From a phage: 64,000 nt of DNA. The notes beneath the pieces were generated by a model. That model was not told the DNA's origin. It saw only the letters and a program-made list of their open reading frames with translations, and did not search any database. Below are positions 7,523 to 15,823 of this stretch, one piece after another. Both the position numbers and the translations under genes were made by a program. Every line of letters starts with the position of its first letter. The stretch's first letter is position 1. The stretch lies in NCBI GenBank assembly GCA_024613925.1, contig GCA_024613925.1_4713.1; one strand, 5' to 3'.

Positions 7523-10042
7523 TTAAATAATCGTGACGTGTTCGTTATACGTTTCAGGGAGGATGATGTTCGTTTTATCAAGAACCATACACTCGGCTTT
7601 ACGGAATGATGCATGGTTGATCACATAGTGGCTGATGAACCACACTTGGCTTACGCGGTGGCCATCAACCAGACGACGAACAAAATCCATGGCATTAGAT
7701 TGGTGCTGGGGATCAAATGTTGATGCGAATTCATCTAACATCAACGGATAATCCGTGAACCCTTTGTAGTGCATCATCGCGATGATGAACGCGATGTTGA
7801 TAATTTCCTTTTGTCCCTTACTCCCACAAACAATATCTTTTCGCGGTGTCGGATACTTCTCAGTTAAAAGCGGAAAACGATAGTTCAATCCTTGCGCGTC
7901 GATAGCACACGGGAGTATCTGAAGTTGGTATTCCCAAATACTCGCAATGATACCGTTCATGTACTCAACGAACGCGTTGATGGGACCCGCAATTGTTTCG
8001 GCAATCAGTCCGTTAGATGGACTTAACTCATCCAGAACAAGTTGTGCATAACCGAGTTGTTCTTCCACCTCTTTTTGTGTCGTTTCCAGCTGAGCCAGAA
8101 GCTGTTGGTCGGTTTTAGCTTCTTGTAACTGCTGTTCGACATGGCTTATTCGGCGAACCGTATCAGACATCGCGGCACGTAACGATTTCGTGTAGAGGTG
8201 TTGCAAGTACTCTAACCACAGTTGGGTTAACGCTTTATCGCTGTTATCAGAACGCACTTGATCTTCCATAATCGCCGTAATGGTTTCTAGTCTACCTTCC
8301 GTAGCTGTAATGGCTTGTGTTAATCGCTCAACGGTCATTAACAACTCTGTCCTGTTCTTATAAAGCAATTCTCGGCGTTGCTGTAACGGTTCAACATCAA
8401 CCGCTTGTACACGTTCGAGCATGCCTTGAAGATGCTTCCGTTCTTGTTCGGCTTGTGTGTAACGCGCAAGTTTCTCAAACGCAAGCAACCAATCGTTAAT
8501 GATTCCAATGCTGCGGAATCCTAAACCGTTTTTACGTCCTTCTTCCAGCAGATTATCCCACATGGGTTTAATGGCGTAATAATCCTTCGTCCAACGTGTT
8601 AACTGACGATGCTGTTCCATCCAGAGCGTATAGCGCTGAACCTTCTCGCTAAGCTCGGCTAACGATTTCTCTTGTTCTTCAACCCAAGCACGGCCTTTCT
8701 GAATGCGTTGTTCAATACCCGCTTTGCTGGTCTTTTCTGTTTCACCAACATGAAAGCGATAGTTGCATTTTGGACAGCTGGTCTGGGGTTGATGATTCAG
8801 GTGGTCGAGATGCGCTTCCAAATCAGCTAACGCATGTTTCGCGTTACGCAAACGCATTCTTGCCGCCTCTTCCTCCTTGATGTAAGCTTCAGCATCGTAA
8901 ACATGATAGGTGTTGTCGGTATCAATCCATTCTTGGAGTAATTCCGTTAATGGAGCCTGAACTTGCGTGAGCTGTTGTAAACAAACCGCAGCGTCCAGAT
9001 TCATTGTTAAAAGCTCACCTGGATGATCTTGCTGAAGCTGTTCGTCCAAACAAGCAAGGCGGGCTTTAATCTGATCAATATCACCTTCTCCAGACTGTTT
9101 CAACTGGTCAAGGATATTATCGATACCCAACAGCTCATCAACCTGACTTTCGAGTTTTGCATTCGCATTCGCGAGTTGCTCTCTTAGTTCAGCCAGATTC
9201 TGCTGTTCTTGTTGCGATGTTCCTCCTTGGTAACGAACAACTGCACGTAGAAGCTCACGATTAAAATGATGGGCACGTTGTGCGGATTCCAGAAGCTGTC
9301 GTTGATCAACATCGCTATCGAATAACGGCAATCCCATCATCGCTTCGAGTGCTGAGCGTTGCTGCTTTAACTCTGCTTCTAATCCCTGGTGGTCGGTGCC
9401 GGTGTATTTCGCTTCAATGCGCTGTGATGTTTCAACCAACTTATTCAGTGTATGCTCATTCACCGCTTTCAGTGAACGTACTTGTTGCTTAACCACCTGA
9501 AACAACTCAAGCGCATAATCGACGTTAACCGGACATATCTGCGTTAATCGTTCGCGTCGTTTCATCGGACCCATTTCGGTGAACTGGTAAGCTGTTTCGT
9601 AACCTAACAACAAACGAATAGTGTCGTCATTAAGCTCGAAATGTTCCTCGATTAGTTTCCACTGGGCTGGTTGTGTACCACCACCATTCAGGTTCTCGCT
9701 GTCGTTAACGTAGAACTCATGCTTAAACCCTTTTTCTAAACGACTGATAAGACGGTATTGCTTATTACGGTGTTCGCAGCGGTACTCGTAATACCCGTCT
9801 TTATCAAAATCGGCACGCTCAGGAACGGTCGGATACAGCAAAGGCAATAGACTACTCTTACCGGAACCATTACTGCCTAAAATGAGTTGTACGGGATTAT
9901 CTGGCCGGATGACCAGCTCCCGAATCATCCCGGTATCAAAACGATTGAATCCACGTAAGTGGAGATAGGTGCATCGCATGCTATGATAATCCTTCTTCGA
10001 TACCTTCTGAACCCGTGGTTCAGAATGCGAAGCTGAAGCCAT
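7523..10042 (-). CDS. SbcC/Rad50-like SMC-family ATPase
   Basis: N-terminal Walker A LILGSNGSGKSSLL, long coiled-coil region with central CPKC zinc-hook-like CxxC, C-terminal signature-like CGSKGQKE, Walker B LMLDEF and H-loop ISH; likely true start at MRCTYLHLRGF (about 9979). Confidence 0.7.
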   Translation of the reverse strand: MASASHSEPRVQKVSKKDYHSMRCTYLHLRGFNRFDTGMIRELVIRPDNPVQLILGSNGSGKSSLLPLLYPTVPERADFDKDGYYEYRCEHRNKQYRLISRLEKGFKHEFYVNDSENLNGGGTQPAQWKLIEEHFELNDDTIRLLLGYETAYQFTEMGPMKRRERLTQICPVNVDYALELFQVVKQQVRSLKAVNEHTLNKLVETSQRIEAKYTGTDHQGLEAELKQQRSALEAMMGLPLFDSDVDQRQLLESAQRAHHFNRELLRAVVRYQGGTSQQEQQNLAELREQLANANAKLESQVDELLGIDNILDQLKQSGEGDIDQIKARLACLDEQLQQDHPGELLTMNLDAAVCLQQLTQVQAPLTELLQEWIDTDNTYHVYDAEAYIKEEEAARMRLRNAKHALADLEAHLDHLNHQPQTSCPKCNYRFHVGETEKTSKAGIEQRIQKGRAWVEEQEKSLAELSEKVQRYTLWMEQHRQLTRWTKDYYAIKPMWDNLLEEGRKNGLGFRSIGIINDWLLAFEKLARYTQAEQERKHLQGMLERVQAVDVEPLQQRRELLYKNRTELLMTVERLTQAITATEGRLETITAIMEDQVRSDNSDKALTQLWLEYLQHLYTKSLRAAMSDTVRRISHVEQQLQEAKTDQQLLAQLETTQKEVEEQLGYAQLVLDELSPSNGLIAETIAGPINAFVEYMNGIIASIWEYQLQILPCAIDAQGLNYRFPLLTEKYPTPRKDIVCGSKGQKEIINIAFIIAMMHYKGFTDYPLMLDEFASTFDPQHQSNAMDFVRRLVDGHRVSQVWFISHYVINHASFRKAECMVLDKTNIILPETYNEHVTII

Positions 10043-10093
10043 ACTTCAGCGTTATTTTCTATATCGTTATTTAAATCAGTAGGAGATTACAGC

Positions 10094-11182
10094 ATGAGCG
10101 ACCTGGCAACAGACAATCGCACAAAAGGGAGTCAGCTAGCTCCAGACAACAACGTAAGCGTTTTCCGTATCTATGCCTTGGGTACTGTTGCTGCCGACTT
10201 TTCCAATAAAAGTCTGGAGGAAGATCCTAACCAGGCGCTGGAGGTCTTTCTTGATGAGATGATGTCAGGCGCTGATGGGAAAGTTGAAGCGGCGGGAAGC
10301 GTGAAAGAAGTCAGTGCAACAGACGCTCAAGGGAACAGCTATACGGCGAAAGCGGCAACAACAACCAGCGTACAGTGTTACTGGTTACCCTTCGGCAGTA
10401 ACCGGATGACAGCACCTAACTTGAGGAAAGGTCAGCGCGTGGTGGTTTGGCGAACCGCGGATGAAGAACAACTCTACTGGCAGCCCAAAGGAGGGGATAG
10501 TGAGCTGATGACCATGGAATCGGTTATCCTCACCGTCAGCGCACGTCCTAGCGCCAAGAAGGACCGTAAATCGATTTCAACGGAAGACTGCTATTACTTA
10601 ATGGTTGATACCTTCCTCAAGAAAGCGGTTATCGGCACCAGCGCACAGCTTGGTGAAGTTACCCAAGTCTACATGGAACTTAATCTGGACGAGGGTTACC
10701 TACAGGTTGCGGACAGCGTCCATCAAAACCTGTTGTTGCTCCATTTTGTCGAACATATGCTGCGTTATCAAAACCAGGACGACAGCATCATCGACGTGAC
10801 AAAAAAGAACATCACATTCCAGTGCGAGGATACGCTCAAAGCAATTGCTAAGAACGATATCCGAATGAAAGCAAAAAACATTTATACCGAATGTGAGAAC
10901 TTCGAGCGTACCAGCAAAACAGAAAGCGTTACGAGTCAGAATGTTTCTTTGAAGTGTGACCGTTACACCGCGCAAGTATCAGGACAGACCACGTTCAAAT
11001 GTCCTAATACGGTATTCACTGGAGCTGTAAGCTTCACAGGTGAAGACGGGAACACGATGACGTTGAATGGGAACTTCATACACATCGCAGGCTCTTGGCG
11101 TTCACCAACCGGAACAAACGTATACACCCACGATCACGGCGGTGTAGATCGTGGCAGCGGTCGTACAGACCCGTTCCAATAA
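10094..11182 (+). CDS. hypothetical protein (possibly virion-associated)
   Basis: 362-aa ORF with AGGAG 8 nt upstream of ATG; followed by terminator 11203..11254. Confidence 0.5.
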   Translation: MSDLATDNRTKGSQLAPDNNVSVFRIYALGTVAADFSNKSLEEDPNQALEVFLDEMMSGADGKVEAAGSVKEVSATDAQGNSYTAKAATTTSVQCYWLPFGSNRMTAPNLRKGQRVVVWRTADEEQLYWQPKGGDSELMTMESVILTVSARPSAKKDRKSISTEDCYYLMVDTFLKKAVIGTSAQLGEVTQVYMELNLDEGYLQVADSVHQNLLLLHFVEHMLRYQNQDDSIIDVTKKNITFQCEDTLKAIAKNDIRMKAKNIYTECENFERTSKTESVTSQNVSLKCDRYTAQVSGQTTFKCPNTVFTGAVSFTGEDGNTMTLNGNFIHIAGSWRSPTGTNVYTHDHGGVDRGSGRTDPFQ

Positions 11183-11202
11183 AAAAAAGAAATGCTATAC
11201 AA

Positions 11203-11254
11203 CCTCCTTCCCTAGCCATCAAGGCCGGGGAAGGAGGATTATAGTTTATTTATT
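11203..11254 (+). terminator. intrinsic terminator, probably bidirectional
   Basis: cctccttccctagcc-atcaa-ggccggggaaggagg (13 to 15-bp stem) followed by attatagtttatttatt; A8 tract upstream; lies between convergent genes. Confidence 0.7.
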
Positions 11255-11642
11255 AACGCGTTGCATTCTGGATGATTTCTTTTCCGATCTTAACCAAAGC
11301 GGGTATCTGTACAGCGGTTGCGCCTCGATGACGAAACGCGGTCGTTAACGCAGTATCGATACTCACCGCACGTCCGTGAAGACGATCGAAATAGACTTGA
11401 GTGATTGCAGTAGCGTAATCCTTTCGCTGTTTCTTGGTTTGGCTCAACAGCGCCGCACTATGACTAACGATGAAGTAAGCGATTAAGAAGAACGCCGCTG
11501 AACGCGAACCGGGTAGAAAACCTTGTCGCTTAGGGAGCATCTCACAGTCGCGAACAGAATTATCGTTCGCGAGCTCTTCCATGTCAACGCAGCATAATTT
11601 TGCATAGGTGTGGAGATAGTGGGTAAAAGTTGAATTTAACAT
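11253..11642 (-). CDS. hypothetical protein (small, last gene of early-type cassette)
   Basis: 129-aa ORF with hydrophobic segment AAFFLIAYFIVSHSAALL. Confidence 0.4.
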   Translation of the reverse strand: MLNSTFTHYLHTYAKLCCVDMEELANDNSVRDCEMLPKRQGFLPGSRSAAFFLIAYFIVSHSAALLSQTKKQRKDYATAITQVYFDRLHGRAVSIDTALTTAFRHRGATAVQIPALVKIGKEIIQNATR

Positions 11643-11747
11643 TTTCTTTCCTCGATTACAATGAGTTCAATGTATAGCTTAAACGTCACAGAACGACGTA
11701 TAACGGTTTGTTTTAATTTCTAAGGGGTTTCCCTATCTAAGATTGAA

Positions 11748-12110
11748 TTAAAGCGTTCTGAAGAGTTCTGTCGCGTTCTCGTCACGTAAACAGGCTTCGT
11801 TCAACAACTCCGCCAACAACTTCGATCTAACTTCAACGAATGTCCTGGTACGATGCTCCCAGTCTAAACGGATGGTGTAGGTATCATCCATGTTTCTGTG
11901 GTCCACAACAGATGTTGAACAGCGCGTTTCTTGTTTATTCACAGCACTCCAGACATCACGGATAATCGTCATGCCTTTCTTGGTACACGTAAACGTTAAG
12001 ATACAACGATTATTCGCTGCTTCTTCACAAACGTGAATAAATTCGCTTCGTAGCGATGAGGTCTTGGTCAATCGATCGATAGCGAGCGATAAACCGATAC
12101 GTTGTTGCAT
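11748..12110 (-). CDS. hypothetical protein (small, early-type cassette)
   Basis: 120-aa ORF; start adjoins the stop of 12112..12537. Confidence 0.4.
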   Translation of the reverse strand: MQQRIGLSLAIDRLTKTSSLRSEFIHVCEEAANNRCILTFTCTKKGMTIIRDVWSAVNKQETRCSTSVVDHRNMDDTYTIRLDWEHRTRTFVEVRSKLLAELLNEACLRDENATELFRTL

Positions 12111-12111
12111 A

Positions 12112-12537
12112 TCAAATCCCCTCTTTCAGAATCTCATTAAGACCGTCAGTAATCCAGTCGAACTTCGTCTTAATCATGGCTGGGTTCAATCCATATACTT
12201 CCCACACAAGCTGGGGTTTATGTGTTCCATCGTCCAAACAAAGCACATCGATTGAGAGTACCATACCACCCGTCAATTTCATGTTCTCGCAACTACGAAG
12301 ATATGCGGATTCTAGCAATACTTTCCCTAACGCAGTGCAAGCAAATGTTAACCGGGAAGAGTACAGGTACGATGACGTTTTACAGTAGGTTGCTGATATC
12401 GGTTGAATATGTTTGCGGAGTTTGGCGTCTTCACGTAAAAGCAATAACGTGTGATGTAACCGCGTATGCTCGGTAACCGATGAGCTATACTCACCGATAC
12501 ACTCTTCGGCGACTGATTTAGGCCATTTAATTTTCAT
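12112..12537 (-). CDS. hypothetical protein (small, early-type cassette)
   Basis: 141-aa ORF; N-terminus MKIKWPKSVAEE resembles MEIKFCKSIAIV of the next gene. Confidence 0.4.
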   Translation of the reverse strand: MKIKWPKSVAEECIGEYSSSVTEHTRLHHTLLLLREDAKLRKHIQPISATYCKTSSYLYSSRLTFACTALGKVLLESAYLRSCENMKLTGGMVLSIDVLCLDDGTHKPQLVWEVYGLNPAMIKTKFDWITDGLNEILKEGI

Positions 12538-12552
12538 ATTCGATTCCTCGTA

Positions 12553-12996
12553 TTAACACTGTGTTCCATTCGATAAGCGGGTGGTATCAAAACGATCCAG
12601 TTGGTGTACAATGCTATCAGCAACACGATGCAAATAGTGTATTTTGTCCATTCGTGAAATCGCAGAAATCGTCCAGCAAGCCTCTGACGTCCAATAGGTG
12701 CCGTCTTCACTAAGGCTAACGTTATAAACTAACTTCGTCATCACATTTCTCGCCTTATGCTCAGCAGACCAGAATATGTTTTCTAACACATCCTTCCCCG
12801 TTTGTGAAAACACGAACCCAAGCTTCACGTCGAAGTCGGATGCTTCAAGATTAACGCAGTGAAGATGATTCTCTAACGGCGCAAAAGAGGCTAAACGTTC
12901 CAGCGCATGTTGCAGTGTGGGATGATCGAGCTTTTCGAGATCATCCACAGGTTGTTCAGGTACAATCGCGATCGATTTACAGAATTTAATTTCCAT
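12553..12996 (-). CDS. hypothetical protein (small, early-type cassette; possible paralog of 12112..12537)
   Basis: 147-aa ORF; shared N-terminal pattern with the neighbouring gene. Confidence 0.4.
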   Translation of the reverse strand: MEIKFCKSIAIVPEQPVDDLEKLDHPTLQHALERLASFAPLENHLHCVNLEASDFDVKLGFVFSQTGKDVLENIFWSAEHKARNVMTKLVYNVSLSEDGTYWTSEACWTISAISRMDKIHYLHRVADSIVHQLDRFDTTRLSNGTQC

Positions 12997-13108
12997 GGTA
13001 GGTTCCTCTTGATAGTGGTTGATGATAGTAACGGGGACGGCGATGTCCCCTTGGTTTCTTATTGCCCCGCCCGAACCCGATGAGGTACAGGCGGGTGATG
13101 TTGATGCG

Positions 13109-13516
13109 TTATAGCGGCATCAGACGTTCTTTAAGTTGGGTTAACTTATTTGCAACGATGTTCTCAACGTCGATCATCTTGTTCATGTTGTCGAGGGTAT
13201 CCTGCCAGATGAAAATATCCACGGAACCGGTTCCGACTAACGCGTTCTCAGGACGATGGTCGCGGGTCACGTAGCGTGGTCTCTGCGGGCAGGTTTGTAA
13301 CTCGATCCAAAGCGCATCTAACGGACCACGGTCCGTGACACCTAAGGCGAAGAATTCACCTCGTACGACCAGAACATCATCAGCCGTCCTGACACGGGTT
13401 GATCCTTCGTACACCAATTCCATCTTTGCTCGACAGGCTGGGTTCTCGTTCCATGCCTGGACGGCATCGGCAAGGGCTATTGACGTTGCGGTGGTGTTCG
13501 TTTGATCATGTTGCAT
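13109..13516 (-). CDS. hypothetical protein (small, early-type cassette)
   Basis: 135-aa ORF, co-oriented. Confidence 0.4.
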   Translation of the reverse strand: MQHDQTNTTATSIALADAVQAWNENPACRAKMELVYEGSTRVRTADDVLVVRGEFFALGVTDRGPLDALWIELQTCPQRPRYVTRDHRPENALVGTGSVDIFIWQDTLDNMNKMIDVENIVANKLTQLKERLMPL

Positions 13517-13593
13517 TCTAAGCTCCTGTAACGCTCTCTAAGCGTCGTTTTAAGTTAAGGTATAGTTTCCCTTCTTTGGATTCGTTTATTGCG

Positions 13594-13869
13594 TTATACG
13601 GCTTTTCTGTGCGCGTAGAACGCCTTCGTTCCGTTGTTGATTGCTTCAACCACATCCCGGGTTAACACAACGGCGTTATCGCTTCGAGACGACGGTGCGT
13701 AATACCCTTCACCGTTCTCGGTAATCAGGCGATAACGGACTAAGCCTATGCTCGGTTCAACACGTAGCACCTTCTCAAGTTTGTATTTGATGATCTTCGT
13801 CAGGCTGACTGTGTCTGACGCGTAGATTGCTTTATAAACCTTGTTCTTTGCTGTCGGTTTCATCAACAT
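13594..13869 (-). CDS. hypothetical protein (small, early-type cassette)
   Basis: 91-aa ORF, co-oriented. Confidence 0.4.
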   Translation of the reverse strand: MLMKPTAKNKVYKAIYASDTVSLTKIIKYKLEKVLRVEPSIGLVRYRLITENGEGYYAPSSRSDNAVVLTRDVVEAINNGTKAFYAHRKAV

Positions 13870-13909
13870 GATTTCTGTTGTACTTTCCTTTTCGCTTGTT
13901 GGTGTTGGA

Positions 13910-14263
13910 TTAAGGTTTAGGTTCCGTTTTGTGTTGTGCGAGTAGTGTGTTGATCTGCTCCCGTTGTTCTTTTAAGCATGCAGGAAGCTGGTCTTCCCGT
14001 ACCGTTCCGATTTCCAACGTGATGTACCAGCGTTGTTCGGAAGCCTGCCATTGAAAACTGCTCTGTAACCGCAGGATGTTAGGATCACGTACCTTGTTTG
14101 CGCTGTAGCGGTTGAACCAATCCAGGTAAGCGGCTTTTCCTTCATCATCGGCAACGTAACGCTGCACGCTGTTCTTGCCTTTGTTCTCGTATCCTGTTGT
14201 ACGTATCATGCGAACGTTTCTCCTGTAACGTGTTGTGGATGGCGTAGCATGGTAGCATCCCAT
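13910..14263 (-). CDS. hypothetical protein (small, early-type cassette)
   Basis: 117-aa ORF; true start probably internal (MIRTTGYENKG) just after the stop of 14206..14988. Confidence 0.4.
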   Translation of the reverse strand: MGCYHATPSTTRYRRNVRMIRTTGYENKGKNSVQRYVADDEGKAAYLDWFNRYSANKVRDPNILRLQSSFQWQASEQRWYITLEIGTVREDQLPACLKEQREQINTLLAQHKTEPKP

Positions 14264-14988
14264 TGTACGATCCGGCTCCGGCTTACCCGCATCATGATGG
14301 ATTCATCGTCAAGCCCTGGTTGTGCAACCGGCAACCAACGTTCGTTAAGCACCTTCGCTTCAACGCGTTTCTTGCGGGGATTGTAACGCACCTCGCTGAC
14401 CCAAGCAAATCCAAGTGGATGCACAACCCGTGGATAATACATGCGAAGCAATTGATGCATCCGATCCGTTGCCTCCAAGCTCGCATCCGCCAGGTAAGGT
14501 TTCACCATGGTAAGCTTTTTGGTGTAATACGTTCCAACGGTATGGTTACGCCAACTTGGCAAGGCATGATCCCCTTCTCTCAGTTTGCTATCCGGGTTCA
14601 TCGGCCAGACCTGCTGTTTACCGGCCAGCATCGCGTACTGCCGATCAACGCAACGAACCTGATCGGCGAACAATGGATCCAGAACATCATCCACCGCACC
14701 CTTATTGCGATAACCGTGATGTACCACCAACCTGCTTGCGCTCATCGATGCGGGATGCTGGCTCTTATGCGCATACAGCCCTCCGTCACCGCGAGCGTCG
14801 TAAAGATAACCGCATGCGCCACGCCATATCACCTTGCCTACGGTTCTCTCGTTTTCAAGCAGCATCGTCGGCCCATCAAGCAAATTGGTGAACCACTGCA
14901 CCTTCACGCATTCCGCTTGGACATGCTCGGGTAATGCCTGATACTCTTTTTGGGTGTATAAGGTATCAAAAATGATTTCATCGTTCAT
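14206..14988 (-). CDS. hypothetical protein (first gene of early-type cassette)
   Basis: 260-aa ORF; promoter-like motif copy B about 85 nt upstream; the fully overlapping plus ORF 14263..14934 looks like its antisense shadow. Confidence 0.5.
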   Translation of the reverse strand: MNDEIIFDTLYTQKEYQALPEHVQAECVKVQWFTNLLDGPTMLLENERTVGKVIWRGACGYLYDARGDGGLYAHKSQHPASMSASRLVVHHGYRNKGAVDDVLDPLFADQVRCVDRQYAMLAGKQQVWPMNPDSKLREGDHALPSWRNHTVGTYYTKKLTMVKPYLADASLEATDRMHQLLRMYYPRVVHPLGFAWVSEVRYNPRKKRVEAKVLNERWLPVAQPGLDDESIMMRVSRSRIVQWDATMLRHPQHVTGETFA

Positions 14989-15062
14989 CTAAAAAGTTCC
15001 TCTGTTTCACGTTAATTAAACAACGTATTGATTTCTGGTAACGATAACATCACTAGGTTTGT

Positions 15063-15090
15063 CATCACTAAGGTAATATAGTCGTGAAAG
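15063..15090 (-). promoter_or_regulatory. conserved promoter-like motif, copy B (minus reading TTTCACGACTATATTACCTTAGTGATGA)
   Basis: near-identical to copies A, C and D; partially duplicated (catcactagg 10 nt upstream); heads the 8-gene cassette. Confidence 0.55.
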
Positions 15091-15546
15091 GATTTGTGTT
15101 ACAGCGAGGGGTTTTGTTGTTTTTAAGAAGGGATGGATTTAGAAGAGGTGTTTCAAGGAAGGTAAACGAGGATAGGTATTTTGATTTAAGTAATTAAGTA
15201 AGATGTTATCTGTATTCGTTAAAAGTGTATTGTCTATCTTAAGTTATGTCTTATTGTTTAATCGTTTAATATTTTTATCTAAATAGGTTTAACTCTATCT
15301 TGTTTGTGTATTTAAATTAATTTAAAAAGCTTATCTTCAAAACAATGGATAACATGTGTTTACTACCTTAACGGTAACACATGTCATCTGTGCATTACAC
15401 TTCGTTACATGCTAGTTAAATCCGGATAACTCAAAAAACATTTGTGATACTCTTCTTCACGTTGTTCATCAGAGTATCTCGTCTATACTCATTGCATTCG
15501 TATACGACATAACCGTTATACGCTAACGCTACGCTTATAGCTTGAT

Positions 15547-15610
15547 AACTCTAAGGATAAAAACATAAACTCGCTTCGCTCGTTTAGTTTTTCTTTTTCT
15601 TAGAGTTATC
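15547..15610. repeat. 12-bp perfect inverted repeat (GATAACTCTAAG / CTTAGAGTTATC) separated by about 40 nt
   Basis: read directly; the spacer holds a smaller TAAAC/GTTTA hairpin. Confidence 0.6.
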
Positions 15611-15777
15611 CTGTTGCTCGTCTCTAAAGGACTTCGCTCCTCCCCCGTCCCCCGAAGGGGCCGAGGTCGTGGAAATTTTACTTTCCAAATACATTTACAA
15701 CATCTGTAAACTTTTACTCCAGGTACTTAATCTTATCATTAGAAATTATAAAAGAGAAGAATAAACACAAACATAAA

Positions 15778-15809
15778 CCTTCCTCCAACCCAACAGGGAA
15801 GGAGGAAGG
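15778..15809 (-). terminator. intrinsic terminator, CCTCC/GGAGG-arm hairpin family
   Basis: ccttcctcc-aacccaacagggaa-ggaggaagg; minus strand continues GGTTTATGTTTGTGTTTATT; 15 nt downstream of the stop of 15824..16723. Confidence 0.7.
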
Positions 15810-15823
15810 GGGATTAATTAAAA

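Larger units (their letters stand above)
14989..15777. other. long AT-rich non-coding region with direct and inverted repeats
   Basis: about 790 bp with no ORF of 60 aa or more on either strand; visibly more AT-rich than flanking genes; contains promoter copy B, TATCT-type direct repeats and several inverted repeats. Confidence 0.6.

Noticed and set aside
10094-11182. Baseplate spike or hub protein call
   Set aside because: Only a vague impression from the Gly/His-rich C-terminus (THDHGGVDRGSG); no defined motif, so kept as hypothetical.
14263-14934. 223-aa plus-strand ORF
   Set aside because: Fully nested antisense to 14206..14988, which continues the co-oriented minus-strand cassette; the plus product is His/Arg-rich antisense-type sequence.
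14989-15777. tRNA genes in the long AT-rich intergenic region
   Set aside because: No cloverleaf-compatible GC-rich stems or T-loop (GTTCRANYC) consensus found by eye; composition is too AT-rich. Not run through a tRNA detector, so low-scoring tRNAs are not excluded.
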